64,000 nucleotides of DNA. Origin: an uncultured Pelagibacteraceae bacterium. GTDB taxonomy: Bacteria; Pseudomonadota; Alphaproteobacteria; Pelagibacterales; AG-422-B15. This document shows, piece by piece, positions 1 to 9,043 of the stretch. The position numbers and the translations under genes are program-made. Numbering within the stretch: position 1 is the first letter of the stretch; the number at the start of each line of letters is the position of its first letter. The notes beneath the pieces were generated by a model. It was not told the DNA's origin, made no database searches, and was given only the letters and a program-made list of their open reading frames with translations. The DNA is taken from the NCBI GenBank assembly GCA_902521655.1, contig CABYSM010000003.1:15297-79296 (forward strand), given 5' to 3'.

Positions 1-157
1 GTTTGATATTCCCAGCTATTATGTTGAATAATGTTGTTTTTCCTGCTCCATTAGGACCGATGAGACCTGTGATTTTTCCGGTCTCAATCTTCATACTGGC
101 TTTGTTGACAGCTTTGATGCCTCCGAAATTTACTGAAACATCTTTTATATTTAACAT
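1..157 (-). CDS. ABC transporter ATP-binding protein, LivG-like, N-terminal fragment (continues past window start)
   Basis: Hand translation of the minus strand from the ATG at 157-155 gives [52 protein letters not shown]. Walker A is GPNGAGKTT. It is truncated, so it is absent from the ORF track. The + ORF 3..200 is its antisense shadow. Confidence 0.8.
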   Translation of the reverse strand, partial: MLNIKDVSVNFGGIKAVNKASMKIETGKITGLIGPNGAGKTTLFNIIAGNIK

Positions 158-161
158 TTTC

Positions 162-1061
162 TTACCTGTTAGAAATATGATTGAGATACAAAGCCAATAG
201 TATCATAGACAGGGAAACTAGTACATTCACTCTTATGATTTCTCCTAGAAATATAACTCCAGAAAAATAAGCTATTAAAGGCACTAAAAAATTAATTAGT
301 GATAAAAAAACAGGCCCTCTTGTTTCAATGATTTTAAAAAAAAGTAAACTGGCTATCGCTGTAGCAAATATACCCTGTATCAATAATGACACAACTGTTG
401 GCGAACTGTAACTTTCTAACCAAAAAGGCTGATAGAAAATAGAAAAGGGCAACATTAATAATGTCGCTGCTATTGTCACACCAGTTGCAAGTGAAATAAA
501 ATTTATTTTTGGTACAAGTTTAGATATAACTGCATTTAATGCATAAGAACACGCCCCAACCAAAGCTGCAATCTGACTATAAAATTCAATTTTGTTTTCA
601 CCTCCAAGTTGATTTAAATTTTCAAAACCAAAGAGAATAAGTAAGCCAAGAAAAGCTATAATAAAACTCATTGACTTAAAAATATTAATTTTCTCATCTC
701 TCAAAATAATTGCCGAAAGCGCTAAGGTTATTAAAGGCATAGGAGACATCAGAACGCCTGCTATACCTGCATCAATGTTGATTTCTGCTGTTGAAATTAA
801 AAAAAATGGAATTGCATTACCTAATGCTCCAATAACGAAATAAAAAAAGAGATAATGAATACTTAATTGAAGTCTATTTCCTGTAAATCTCATATAGAAA
901 TAAAGTATTGTTGATGCCAAAATTAATCTTAGAAAAACATTATTAACAGGACTTATTTCTAATACTGCAATTTTAATAAACAGGAAGTTTACTCCCCAGA
1001 TTAATGCTAATAAAAAAATGAATATATAACTAATGACAATAGGTTGATTTATTTGTTTCAT
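162..1061 (-). CDS. EamA/DMT-family permease
   Basis: 299 aa and almost wholly hydrophobic, with about 10 TM segments in two similar halves. Its stop lies 4 nt upstream of the livG-like start. Confidence 0.7.
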   Translation of the reverse strand: MKQINQPIVISYIFIFLLALIWGVNFLFIKIAVLEISPVNNVFLRLILASTILYFYMRFTGNRLQLSIHYLFFYFVIGALGNAIPFFLISTAEINIDAGIAGVLMSPMPLITLALSAIILRDEKINIFKSMSFIIAFLGLLILFGFENLNQLGGENKIEFYSQIAALVGACSYALNAVISKLVPKINFISLATGVTIAATLLMLPFSIFYQPFWLESYSSPTVVSLLIQGIFATAIASLLFFKIIETRGPVFLSLINFLVPLIAYFSGVIFLGEIIRVNVLVSLSMILLALYLNHISNR

Positions 1062-1114
1062 TTGATGTTGGAGAAAGGTATTATTTAAAACTTTTAAAGT
1101 AAATGAGTAAATAA

Positions 1115-1717
1115 ATGAGAGTATTCATACTAATACTAATTAGTTTTTTTTTATTATTCAGTTGTGCAAGTAAGCCGCCTGCAAAACAAGAGAATATTTG
1201 CTCTATCTTTGAACAAAAATCCTCATGGTATAGATTGGCAAATAAATCATACGAAAAATGGGGTGCCCCCATTCATGTTCAAATGTCAATTTTAAGACAA
1301 GAATCTGCATTTCAAAATAGAGTTAAACCGGAGAGAACCAAGATTTTAGGTGTTATACCCTGGAAAAGAAAATCTAGTGCATTTGGTTATACCCAAGCAA
1401 TTGATGCAACTTGGGATTGGTATAGAACTGAGAATAAGAAACCTTTAGCATCGCGAGTTAATTTTGCAGATGCCATAGACTTTACGGGTTGGTATATAAA
1501 TAAGTCTAATAAAATTAATGGGATAAGCAAAAGTGATGCTTATAGCCAATATTTAGCATACCATGAAGGACACGGTGGGTACAAAAAGAAATCCTATAAA
1601 AATCAAAACTGGTTGATTGATGTTGCCAATAAAGTCAAACTTCGATCTGAAAAGTATAGAAGCCAGCTCAATGAGTGTGAGCACAAATTTAAGAAAAAGT
1701 TTCTAGGAATTTTTTAA
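1115..1717 (+). CDS. Lipoprotein with lysozyme-like (SLT transglycosylase-type) domain
   Basis: Signal peptide with lipobox-like LFSC. Motifs QESAF, GYTQA and AYHEGHGG resemble the ES / GLMQ / AYNxG triad of SLT-fold enzymes. Confidence 0.55.
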   Translation: MRVFILILISFFLLFSCASKPPAKQENICSIFEQKSSWYRLANKSYEKWGAPIHVQMSILRQESAFQNRVKPERTKILGVIPWKRKSSAFGYTQAIDATWDWYRTENKKPLASRVNFADAIDFTGWYINKSNKINGISKSDAYSQYLAYHEGHGGYKKKSYKNQNWLIDVANKVKLRSEKYRSQLNECEHKFKKKFLGIF

Positions 1718-2715
1718 TGAGTAAAAATAAAAATTTAATTGCGGTCACCATGGGAGACCCATCAGGCATAGGTACAGAAATAACTATCAAAGCTTGGATA
1801 AAGAAAAATACAAACCTAAAATTTTTTTTAATTCACGACCCAGTCTATGTAAGTAGAGTTATAAAAAAAATGAAAGTAGGTTTAAAAGTTCAAATAATTA
1901 ATAATCCATCAGAGGCTTTAAGTGTAAATAAAAAATATTTACCAGTTATTCCTATAAAGATTGATGCAAAGACCCAGCTTGGTAAAAGAAATTATAGTAA
2001 TGCTGGTGCAATATTGCAGTCAATTGACATGGCCATTGATTTTGCAAAACAAAAAGTAATCTCTGGAATTGTTACAAACCCAATCAATAAAGAAGTTATT
2101 GCCAAAAAACTTAGGAGATTTAAAGGGCATACAGAATACCTTGCAAAAAAAGATAAAAAATCAAATGAACTGATGTTTTTGCTAAATAAGAAAATGAAAG
2201 TTATTCCAGTTACAACACATATTGCGTTAAAAGATGTTGCAAAAAAAATAAATAAAAAAAATATTACTAAATCGATTCTCAATGTTGACCAAACATTAAA
2301 AAAAGATTTTGGAGTTCGTAAACCCAAAATTGCTGTTAGTGGTCTCAATCCTCATTCGGGTGATGGGGGTATTTTAGGAAAAGAAGAGATCTTAAAAATA
2401 ATTCCTGCTATTAATGAATGTAAGAAAAAAGGTATAAATGTTTCTGGGCCTTATCCTGCGGACTCATTGTTTAGAAATTCAAATATTAAGAAATTTGATT
2501 CATTTATCTGCATGTATCATGACCAGGCTTTAATACCGATAAAGGTTGTTGACTTTGATAATACCGTTAATTACACAGCTGGACTGTCCTTTGTAAGAAC
2601 CAGTCCTGATCATGGAACAGGATTGGATATAGCAAAAAAGTTCGTTGCTTCATGTGATAGTTTGTTAACAGCTATTGGAATGGCCTTAAACATTGCTAAA
2701 AACAGAGGGTTATGA
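1717..2715 (+). CDS. pdxA: 4-hydroxythreonine-4-phosphate dehydrogenase
   Basis: 332 aa with motifs TMGDPSGIG, GHTEYLA, NPHSGDGG, MYHDQALIP and TSPDHGT. Confidence 0.9.
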   Translation: MSKNKNLIAVTMGDPSGIGTEITIKAWIKKNTNLKFFLIHDPVYVSRVIKKMKVGLKVQIINNPSEALSVNKKYLPVIPIKIDAKTQLGKRNYSNAGAILQSIDMAIDFAKQKVISGIVTNPINKEVIAKKLRRFKGHTEYLAKKDKKSNELMFLLNKKMKVIPVTTHIALKDVAKKINKKNITKSILNVDQTLKKDFGVRKPKIAVSGLNPHSGDGGILGKEEILKIIPAINECKKKGINVSGPYPADSLFRNSNIKKFDSFICMYHDQALIPIKVVDFDNTVNYTAGLSFVRTSPDHGTGLDIAKKFVASCDSLLTAIGMALNIAKNRGL

Positions 2716-3335
2716 CTCTCTCACTTTATCCAGCTTTCTTTATTTTTGCATTAATAATGGTTACAACGCCTGGACCTGCCAATCTGCTATTAATGAGTTC
2801 TGGAGCCCAGCACGGATTATATAAATCATTACCTTTTGTTGCGGGCGTTACTTTCGGAAAACTTTTTTTAACCATTGGGCTTGGATTTGGATTTTTGTCT
2901 TTATTAAATTCTAACCCATTTATAATTAATTTAATTAAAATTGCTGGAACGGGTTACATTTGCTGGTTGTCATATAAGATTATGTTCCTAAACCTAAAGC
3001 CAACTTCTAAGACAGAATTAGAAAGTATACCCAACTTTTTTAATGGTCTTTTAGTGCATCCCCTCAATCCTAAAGGGTGGGCTATGGTGATCGCCGCCTA
3101 TACTCAATTCACTTCTTTTGGAAGTGCAAGCCTAACTTCAAACTGGGCACTTGAAGTTTTAATTATAGCTTCAACATTCTTTTTAATACAATCAGTTTCC
3201 CACTCAGTATGGTGCTGGGCAGGAAGTCTCATTTTTAATTTTTTGAATCAAAAAAATCTTTTGCGTCAATCTATAGTTATTATTTTAGCAGTGCTAACAG
3301 TAGGTACTGTTATTTATAGTAACTTTTTTATCTAA
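2712..3335 (+). CDS. LysE/RhtB-family amino-acid exporter
   Basis: 207 aa with 5-6 TM segments and N-terminal TPGPANLL, typical of the LysE family. It overlaps the pdxA stop by 4 nt. Confidence 0.7.
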   Translation: MTLSLYPAFFIFALIMVTTPGPANLLLMSSGAQHGLYKSLPFVAGVTFGKLFLTIGLGFGFLSLLNSNPFIINLIKIAGTGYICWLSYKIMFLNLKPTSKTELESIPNFFNGLLVHPLNPKGWAMVIAAYTQFTSFGSASLTSNWALEVLIIASTFFLIQSVSHSVWCWAGSLIFNFLNQKNLLRQSIVIILAVLTVGTVIYSNFFI

Positions 3336-4092
3336 TTTTTTTTAAACTATTTTTTTCCACTGACTCACTAAAGCTTGCAAATAACTTTTTGGAAAAATCA
3401 TCAGTAGTCGCAGAATATTCAGGATGCCACTGTACGCCAAAAAAATATCCACTATAACCAGACAAACTGATTGCCTCTACTGTCTCATCTTTAGCAACTC
3501 CTTCAGCAACTAATTCGTTTGCTAATTCGTCAATTCCTTGTGTATGTAATGAATTTACCTCGATCGTCGGAGTGCCTGCTAATTTTTCAAATTTACCATT
3601 TTCTTTAAAATACACTTCATGCTGTTTAGAAAATTGTATATCAGGATCATCAGACTCTGGGCATCGGTGATCCATTCTGCCTGGTACCTCATGAATATCT
3701 GCAAACAGTGAACCTCCCATGGCAACATTAACTTCTTGAAAACCTCTGCATATTGCAAGCATAGGTATCTCATTTTGAAATATAAAATCAATCATTGGCA
3801 GTACTGTCTTATCTCTGTCAATATCTAATGGTTCAACAATTTTATCTTTATTATAAAATTCTGGATAAACATTTGAAAGGCTTCCAGTTAACAAAACTCC
3901 ATCAAATTTACGAAGTGTGTCTCTATAATCTACACTTGATCCAAATGCAGGAAGTATAACCGGTATACAGCTGGTAGCTTCAGAAACAGCTTTAATATAA
4001 TTGGTTCCAGATGCGTGATAAGTTCGGTGCAACTCCTCTTTCTTAATTACATCTGCAAAAACTGCAATAAGTGGCTTATTTTGGGTGTCCAT
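3328..4092 (-). CDS. Class-I glutamine amidotransferase-like / peptidase C26 hydrolase (PuuD-like gamma-glutamyl-amide hydrolase)
   Basis: 254 aa with nucleophile elbow LAICRGFQ and GVQWHPE (Cys-His pair of C26/GATase-1). Confidence 0.75.
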   Translation of the reverse strand: MDTQNKPLIAVFADVIKKEELHRTYHASGTNYIKAVSEATSCIPVILPAFGSSVDYRDTLRKFDGVLLTGSLSNVYPEFYNKDKIVEPLDIDRDKTVLPMIDFIFQNEIPMLAICRGFQEVNVAMGGSLFADIHEVPGRMDHRCPESDDPDIQFSKQHEVYFKENGKFEKLAGTPTIEVNSLHTQGIDELANELVAEGVAKDETVEAISLSGYSGYFFGVQWHPEYSATTDDFSKKLFASFSESVEKNSLKKIR

Positions 4093-4141
4093 AAAAGAAA
4101 TTAGTTTACTAGTATTACTATAATATCATATAACAATTTTA

Positions 4142-5347
4142 ATGGTTATTAATATTCAAAATAAAGAAACAGAAATAAAATCTCTTTCTGCTTGGGATGA
4201 TGTTCTTAATTTAGATGATCAGCTTTCAGCTGAAGAAAAAATATTGCAATCAACTGTGCGAGCATACTGTAAAGAAAAATTGCTCCCAAGAATAATTGAT
4301 GACAATAGAAATGAGAATTTTAGCAGGGAAATCTTTACTGAAATGGGAGAACTAGGACTTCTAGGATCGTACTTAGACGGCTATGGATGTGCGGGAAGTA
4401 ATTATGTCTCTTACGGACTAATTACTCGTGAGATAGAAAAAATCGACAGCGCATACCGATCTATAATGTCAGTGCAAACAAGCCTGGTAATGTACCCTAT
4501 ACATAAATTTGGAAGCAATGAACAAAAAGAACATTATCTACCGAAACTAGCAAAAGGAGAATTTATAGGTAGTTTTGGATTAACCGAACCTGATGCTGGT
4601 AGTGATCCAGGCGCCATGAAAACGAAAGCAGTAAAAGTAAAAGGTGGATATGAACTAAATGGAACAAAAACATGGATCAGTAATGCGCCTCATGCTGATG
4701 TGATAATTATTTGGGCTAAGGATGAAGAAAATGTAATTAGAGGTTTCATTGTTGATAGAGAGTCAAAAGGTCTCTCCACTCCGAAGATTGAAGGAAAATT
4801 GTCGCTAAGGGCATCGGCAACAGGACAAGTAATTATGGAAAATGTATTTTGCCCTGAAGATAAAATTTTACCTAAAACAACAGGTTTAAGTGGACCTTTT
4901 CAATGTTTAAATAGTGCCCGTTATGGAATTTCGTGGGGTGCAATTGGAGCAGCTGAATTTTGTCTGGCGACTGCAAGGCAATATGCTCTAGATAGAAAAA
5001 TGTTTGGGAAGCCAATTGCCGGGACACAGTTGGTTCAGTCTAAATTAGTAGATATGCAAACAGAAATTGCATTAGGGTTAGAGGCTGCATTAAGAGTCGG
5101 ACGCCTTATGGATAAAGGGCAATCTGATAGCAATATGGTAAGCTTAATTAAAAGAAATAATGTTTCTAAAAGTTTGGATATATGTCGTAACGCCAGAGAT
5201 ATTTTAGGTGGCAACGGTATTTCAGATGAGTATCATGTCATGAGACATATGGTTAACTTAGAAACTGTAAAAACCTATGAAGGAACTCACGATGTTCACA
5301 CATTAATAATGGGACGGAATTTAACAGGTATTCAGGCATTTAAATAA
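4142..5347 (+). CDS. gcdH: Glutaryl-CoA dehydrogenase (acyl-CoA dehydrogenase family)
   Basis: 401 aa with [16 protein letters not shown] and a C-terminal [14 protein letters not shown] typical of GCDH-type ACADs. Confidence 0.8.
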   Translation: MVINIQNKETEIKSLSAWDDVLNLDDQLSAEEKILQSTVRAYCKEKLLPRIIDDNRNENFSREIFTEMGELGLLGSYLDGYGCAGSNYVSYGLITREIEKIDSAYRSIMSVQTSLVMYPIHKFGSNEQKEHYLPKLAKGEFIGSFGLTEPDAGSDPGAMKTKAVKVKGGYELNGTKTWISNAPHADVIIIWAKDEENVIRGFIVDRESKGLSTPKIEGKLSLRASATGQVIMENVFCPEDKILPKTTGLSGPFQCLNSARYGISWGAIGAAEFCLATARQYALDRKMFGKPIAGTQLVQSKLVDMQTEIALGLEAALRVGRLMDKGQSDSNMVSLIKRNNVSKSLDICRNARDILGGNGISDEYHVMRHMVNLETVKTYEGTHDVHTLIMGRNLTGIQAFK

Positions 5348-5351
5348 AATT

Positions 5352-6719
5352 ATGGCATATCTAAATAGAACTACTAAACAATGGCAGGAGATTGATACCA
5401 AACATCACCTCCATCCTTTTACTGACTATAAGTCTCTTGCTGAAGAAGGTAGTATCATTGTAACAAAAGCAGACGGCGTTCATCTGACCACATCTGATGA
5501 TAAGCAGCTATTGGATGCAATGTCTGGGCTTTGGTGTGTTAATGTGGGCTATGGCCGAAAAAATCTTGCTGAAGTTGCCTACAAGCAAATGCAAGAGCTT
5601 CCATATTATAATTCTTTTTTTAAAACTGCTACGCCTCCATCAATCGAGCTAGCAAGAGAATTAGCAGAGTTAAGTCCCCATGATCTAAATCATGCATTCT
5701 TTTCATCAAGCGGTTCAGAAGCCAACGACACAGTTGTGAGAATGGTGAGGAGATATTGGGATCTTAAAGGTAAGCCAAACAAGAAAACTTTTATAAGTAG
5801 AGAGTTTGCATACCATGGCAGTACAATGACAGGTATGAGCCTTGGTGGGATGACTGCAATGCATTCACAAGGTGATATGATGCCAGGTTTTGAGCATGTT
5901 TTACCACCATATTGGTACAAATACGGAAACGAAATGTCCCAAGATGATTTTGGAATTTTTGCAGCAAACAAAATTGAAGAGAAGATTAATGAAATAGGCG
6001 CTGATAATGTGGCGGCATTTATTGGTGAGCCAATCCAAGGTGCAGGTGGTGTAATCATTCCTCCTGATTCATATTGGCCTAGGGTCCAAGAAATCTGCAA
6101 TCAGTATGATATCCTTCTTGTAGTTGATGAGGTTATCTGTGGCTTTGGAAGAACAGGAAACTGGTTTGGATCTGATACATATAATATCAAGCCCGATATA
6201 ATCACAATGGCTAAGGGTATAACATCAGGCTACATACCGCTATCAGGCATCATGATTGGTGATCGCGTTAGTGATACAATTATTAATGAAGGTGGTGAGT
6301 TTTATCATGGTTATACGTATTCAGGTCATCCAGTAGCTTGTGCAGTAAGTCTTGAGAATTTAAAAGTTATAAAAGAAGAAAATCTTATCGAGCAGTCAAG
6401 TCAGGTGTCTGTCTATTTAGAGCAGCAAATGCGTGAGATTGAAAAGCACCCGCTAGTTGGAGAAGTCAGAATGAAAAGTTTTATAGGAGCTGTAGAATTG
6501 GTTAAAGATAAAGAGAAGATGGAAATGTTTGAGGACACGGGTGTTGTTGGAACAATTTGCAGAGATTACTGTATTGAAAATGGTTTAGTGATGAGAGCTG
6601 TGAGGGATGGAATGATTTTTTGCCCACCGCTAATTTTTAATAATTCCCATGTAGACGAATTATGTGAAAAGCTTAAAAAATCTTTAGATCAAACACATAA
6701 TCATATTTCTAAATCGTAA
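5352..6719 (+). CDS. Class-III PLP aminotransferase (omega-amine:pyruvate / SpuC-like)
   Basis: 455 aa with AYHGSTMTGMSLGG, DEVICGFGRTGNWFG and PLP-lysine context ITMAKGITSGY. Confidence 0.8.
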   Translation: MAYLNRTTKQWQEIDTKHHLHPFTDYKSLAEEGSIIVTKADGVHLTTSDDKQLLDAMSGLWCVNVGYGRKNLAEVAYKQMQELPYYNSFFKTATPPSIELARELAELSPHDLNHAFFSSSGSEANDTVVRMVRRYWDLKGKPNKKTFISREFAYHGSTMTGMSLGGMTAMHSQGDMMPGFEHVLPPYWYKYGNEMSQDDFGIFAANKIEEKINEIGADNVAAFIGEPIQGAGGVIIPPDSYWPRVQEICNQYDILLVVDEVICGFGRTGNWFGSDTYNIKPDIITMAKGITSGYIPLSGIMIGDRVSDTIINEGGEFYHGYTYSGHPVACAVSLENLKVIKEENLIEQSSQVSVYLEQQMREIEKHPLVGEVRMKSFIGAVELVKDKEKMEMFEDTGVVGTICRDYCIENGLVMRAVRDGMIFCPPLIFNNSHVDELCEKLKKSLDQTHNHISKS

Positions 6720-7147
6720 CTGTAGAACTCATTATCTCTAATGTATCCAAGTGACTCGTAAAGTGTTTGACCAGGCGTGTTTGATTTATTTGTGGAAAGT
6801 TCGATTGAGCCAAATTTATTTTCAGTAGCATAATTTTTAGCAGCATCCATTAACAACTTAGCAATACCTTTTCTTCTATACTCTTCTCTTACAAATAAGT
6901 CATATAGAACAATTTTTTTTCTTACATTCACCGAGTCAAAAGTAGGGTATAATTGGGTGAAACCTGCACAAGTACCCTCTTCTTCATGAAAAAAGATTAT
7001 TGATTCATCATTCTCAAGTCTTTGCTTGATATATTTTTGTGCAATTTCAAGATTTGATTCTTGATTATAGAAGATTCTATACAAATTAAAAACTTCTCCA
7101 ATGATATCGGAGTTTTCTTTAGTAGCTCTTTTAATACTTTCTTTCAT
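6701..7147 (-). CDS. GNAT-family N-acetyltransferase
   Basis: The ORF track gives 6701..7285, but the first 46 codons overlap the upstream MFS gene. The internal ATG at 7147 (MKESIKRATKE...) lies 2 nt after the MFS stop. The acetyl-CoA site is RRKGIAKLLM. Confidence 0.7.
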   Translation of the reverse strand: MKESIKRATKENSDIIGEVFNLYRIFYNQESNLEIAQKYIKQRLENDESIIFFHEEEGTCAGFTQLYPTFDSVNVRKKIVLYDLFVREEYRRKGIAKLLMDAAKNYATENKFGSIELSTNKSNTPGQTLYESLGYIRDNEFYSYDLEI

Positions 7148-7149
7148 TT

Positions 7150-8307
7150 CTAGTTTCTTATAGTTCGATAAATTGAAATCATTAAGAAAATAAAAGTAAA
7201 AAATACAATTGTATATATAAAACCAATAGGACCAAAAATATCCATAACTCTTCCCCCAATCAAAGGACCAATTAATGAACCGCACTCAAAAACCATCACC
7301 AATATTGCCGTTGCGCCCGCAACCTGTGAAGCAGTATATCTTTCTCCCAACATTGTAAGTGATATCGAGAATATTCCACTTGCTGCTCCTCCCCAAATAA
7401 AACAGCTCAATGCCACTAAATAGAAGTTTCCAAGAAAAACACCTATAATTATTGGACAAATAAAAGTACAGAAGACAGCAATATTCATAAGTAGTCTCTT
7501 ATTCATCCTATCAAGTAAAATACCAATTAGCGGCTGGCATATGACACCGCCAACTAACGTAATAGTGACAAACTGAAGAGCAATGTCTTGTGAAAACTGA
7601 TTCTTAATCATAAAGATTGGAAAAAATGACACGAACATAACATCGTCTAATCCACAGAGAATTGCAGCTCCAAAAATAGTTGGGGCAGCTATTATCGTCG
7701 CTAAAATCGGAAGAGACTTTTTCTCAGGCAATTCTTGATCTGCTATATTGAATGTTATGAGAGGAATAATTGCTATAAATGACATTGCTGCAATTACAAT
7801 AAATGGAAGCCATCCCTCAATCCCCGTTAAAGATATAACAAGAGGACCAATTGCAAAGCCAATAATAAATACGGTATTGTATATTGTTACAATTTTCCCC
7901 CTATTTGTATCATCTGCCATTGATAACATCCATGTATCAAAGGCATTCCATGCAAGTGCTCCTGCAAAACCGATAAGAAATCGTATAATAAACCATGCAG
8001 TTAAACTCTCAAATACGGGAAAGGTGAAATATAAAATAATTGTGACAATCTGAGCAATCACAATGGACCTAGACAATCCAATTGTGTGAATGATAATAGG
8101 AGTAATTCTAACAAATAAAATTACCGCCAACGGTTGGGCTACAACATTCAAACCGATCTGTGTATTGCTATAGCCTCTTGATTCAAGTATTAGAGATAAT
8201 AAGGGAATAAGTGTTCCTAGTTTTATGCCAATAATGAGTGCACATAAAAATAAAACAATATAAGTTTTATAGTTACTTCCAAGTATTGATTGAAAAGATG
8301 AAATCAC
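7150..8307 (-). CDS. MFS transporter
   Basis: 385 aa with about 12 TM segments. It overlaps the upstream TetR gene by 4 nt. Confidence 0.75.
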   Translation of the reverse strand: MISSFQSILGSNYKTYIVLFLCALIIGIKLGTLIPLLSLILESRGYSNTQIGLNVVAQPLAVILFVRITPIIIHTIGLSRSIVIAQIVTIILYFTFPVFESLTAWFIIRFLIGFAGALAWNAFDTWMLSMADDTNRGKIVTIYNTVFIIGFAIGPLVISLTGIEGWLPFIVIAAMSFIAIIPLITFNIADQELPEKKSLPILATIIAAPTIFGAAILCGLDDVMFVSFFPIFMIKNQFSQDIALQFVTITLVGGVICQPLIGILLDRMNKRLLMNIAVFCTFICPIIIGVFLGNFYLVALSCFIWGGAASGIFSISLTMLGERYTASQVAGATAILVMVFECGSLIGPLIGGRVMDIFGPIGFIYTIVFFTFIFLMISIYRTIRN

Positions 8308-8948
8308 ACAAACCGTTTTTCATCTGTATAAATATTTTTAAAGTATTTTTTTACTAGTCCTTTACAAAATACGTGTGAGTACATTTTAGGATCAAATAAA
8401 ATTCTTTGCCATAACCCATCTACCATTGAGAGATAAGTCTCACTTATTTCTTTTGGGGTAAGAAAAGATTGATTATTTAAAATATTTACTTCTTTAATTA
8501 ACTTTTCCATCTGAGATGAATATATTTCATCTTGTTTTTGACAGATTGATAAATAAGAAGGACGGAACTTTACTTCACTATAGAAAGATACCCAGACTGC
8601 AATTTTATTTCTATTTGCAATTTTACTACTGAAATCATTTTCGATTATCTTAATCACTCTACCAACAGGATCTAAGTTATTATCTTCAAATATTCGTTGC
8701 CAAGAATTTTTATATTCGTCTGACAGAAATTTTAGTGAACTTAGTAAAAGATTTTCTTTAGATTTAAATCTAAAATTTGCATAGCCTTGTGATACCATTG
8801 CTTTTTTAGCAACTTGTGCAATCGTAGTATCTCCAAGACCTCTTTTAGCTATAGTTTCAATTGTTGCATCAATCAGTTTTTGATGATTGATTGAGAATTC
8901 TTGATCTTCAAGTTGATGATCACTAATTTTTTTGGGACTTATATTCAT
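8304..8948 (-). CDS. TetR-family transcriptional regulator
   Basis: N-terminal HTH is IETIAKRGLGDTTIAQVAKKAMVSQGYANFRFKSKENLL. I prefer the ATG at 8948 (MNISPKK) over the GTG at 8963 used by the ORF track. It is the first gene of a TetR-MFS-GNAT string and is divergent from the 9044 operon. Confidence 0.8.
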   Translation of the reverse strand: MNISPKKISDHQLEDQEFSINHQKLIDATIETIAKRGLGDTTIAQVAKKAMVSQGYANFRFKSKENLLLSSLKFLSDEYKNSWQRIFEDNNLDPVGRVIKIIENDFSSKIANRNKIAVWVSFYSEVKFRPSYLSICQKQDEIYSSQMEKLIKEVNILNNQSFLTPKEISETYLSMVDGLWQRILFDPKMYSHVFCKGLVKKYFKNIYTDEKRFV

Positions 8949-8990
8949 AAAAGAACCATACACAAAGTTTAATCATATGGGTAGTTTTGT

Positions 8991-9008
8991 ATTGAATAAT
9001 CATTCAAT
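8991..9008. promoter_or_regulatory. Candidate operator: 7-N4-7 inverted repeat ATTGAAT-aatc-ATTCAAT
   Basis: Perfect 7-bp arms read directly from the sequence. It sits in the 95-nt divergent gap between the TetR gene and the 9044 operon. The half-site is shared with the palindrome at 13422-13439. Confidence 0.55.
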
Positions 9009-9043
9009 ATGAGTATCATAATAATTCAATATTCGTACATTTT

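Noticed and set aside
3-200. 65-aa plus-strand ORF at the window start
   Set aside because: It is the antisense shadow of a LivG-like ABC ATPase N-terminus on the minus strand (Walker [10 protein letters not shown]). The VFPAPLGP-type peptide is the characteristic antisense reading of a P-loop region. The same artefact appears at 49834-50082, opposite lptB.
7148-7285. N-terminal 46 codons of the tracked 194-aa GNAT ORF
   Set aside because: This stretch overlaps the 3' end of the MFS gene and translates to an implausible aromatic-rich peptide (WSFDWGKSYGYFWSYWFYIY). The internal ATG at 7147 gives a normal 148-aa GNAT, 2 nt after the MFS stop.
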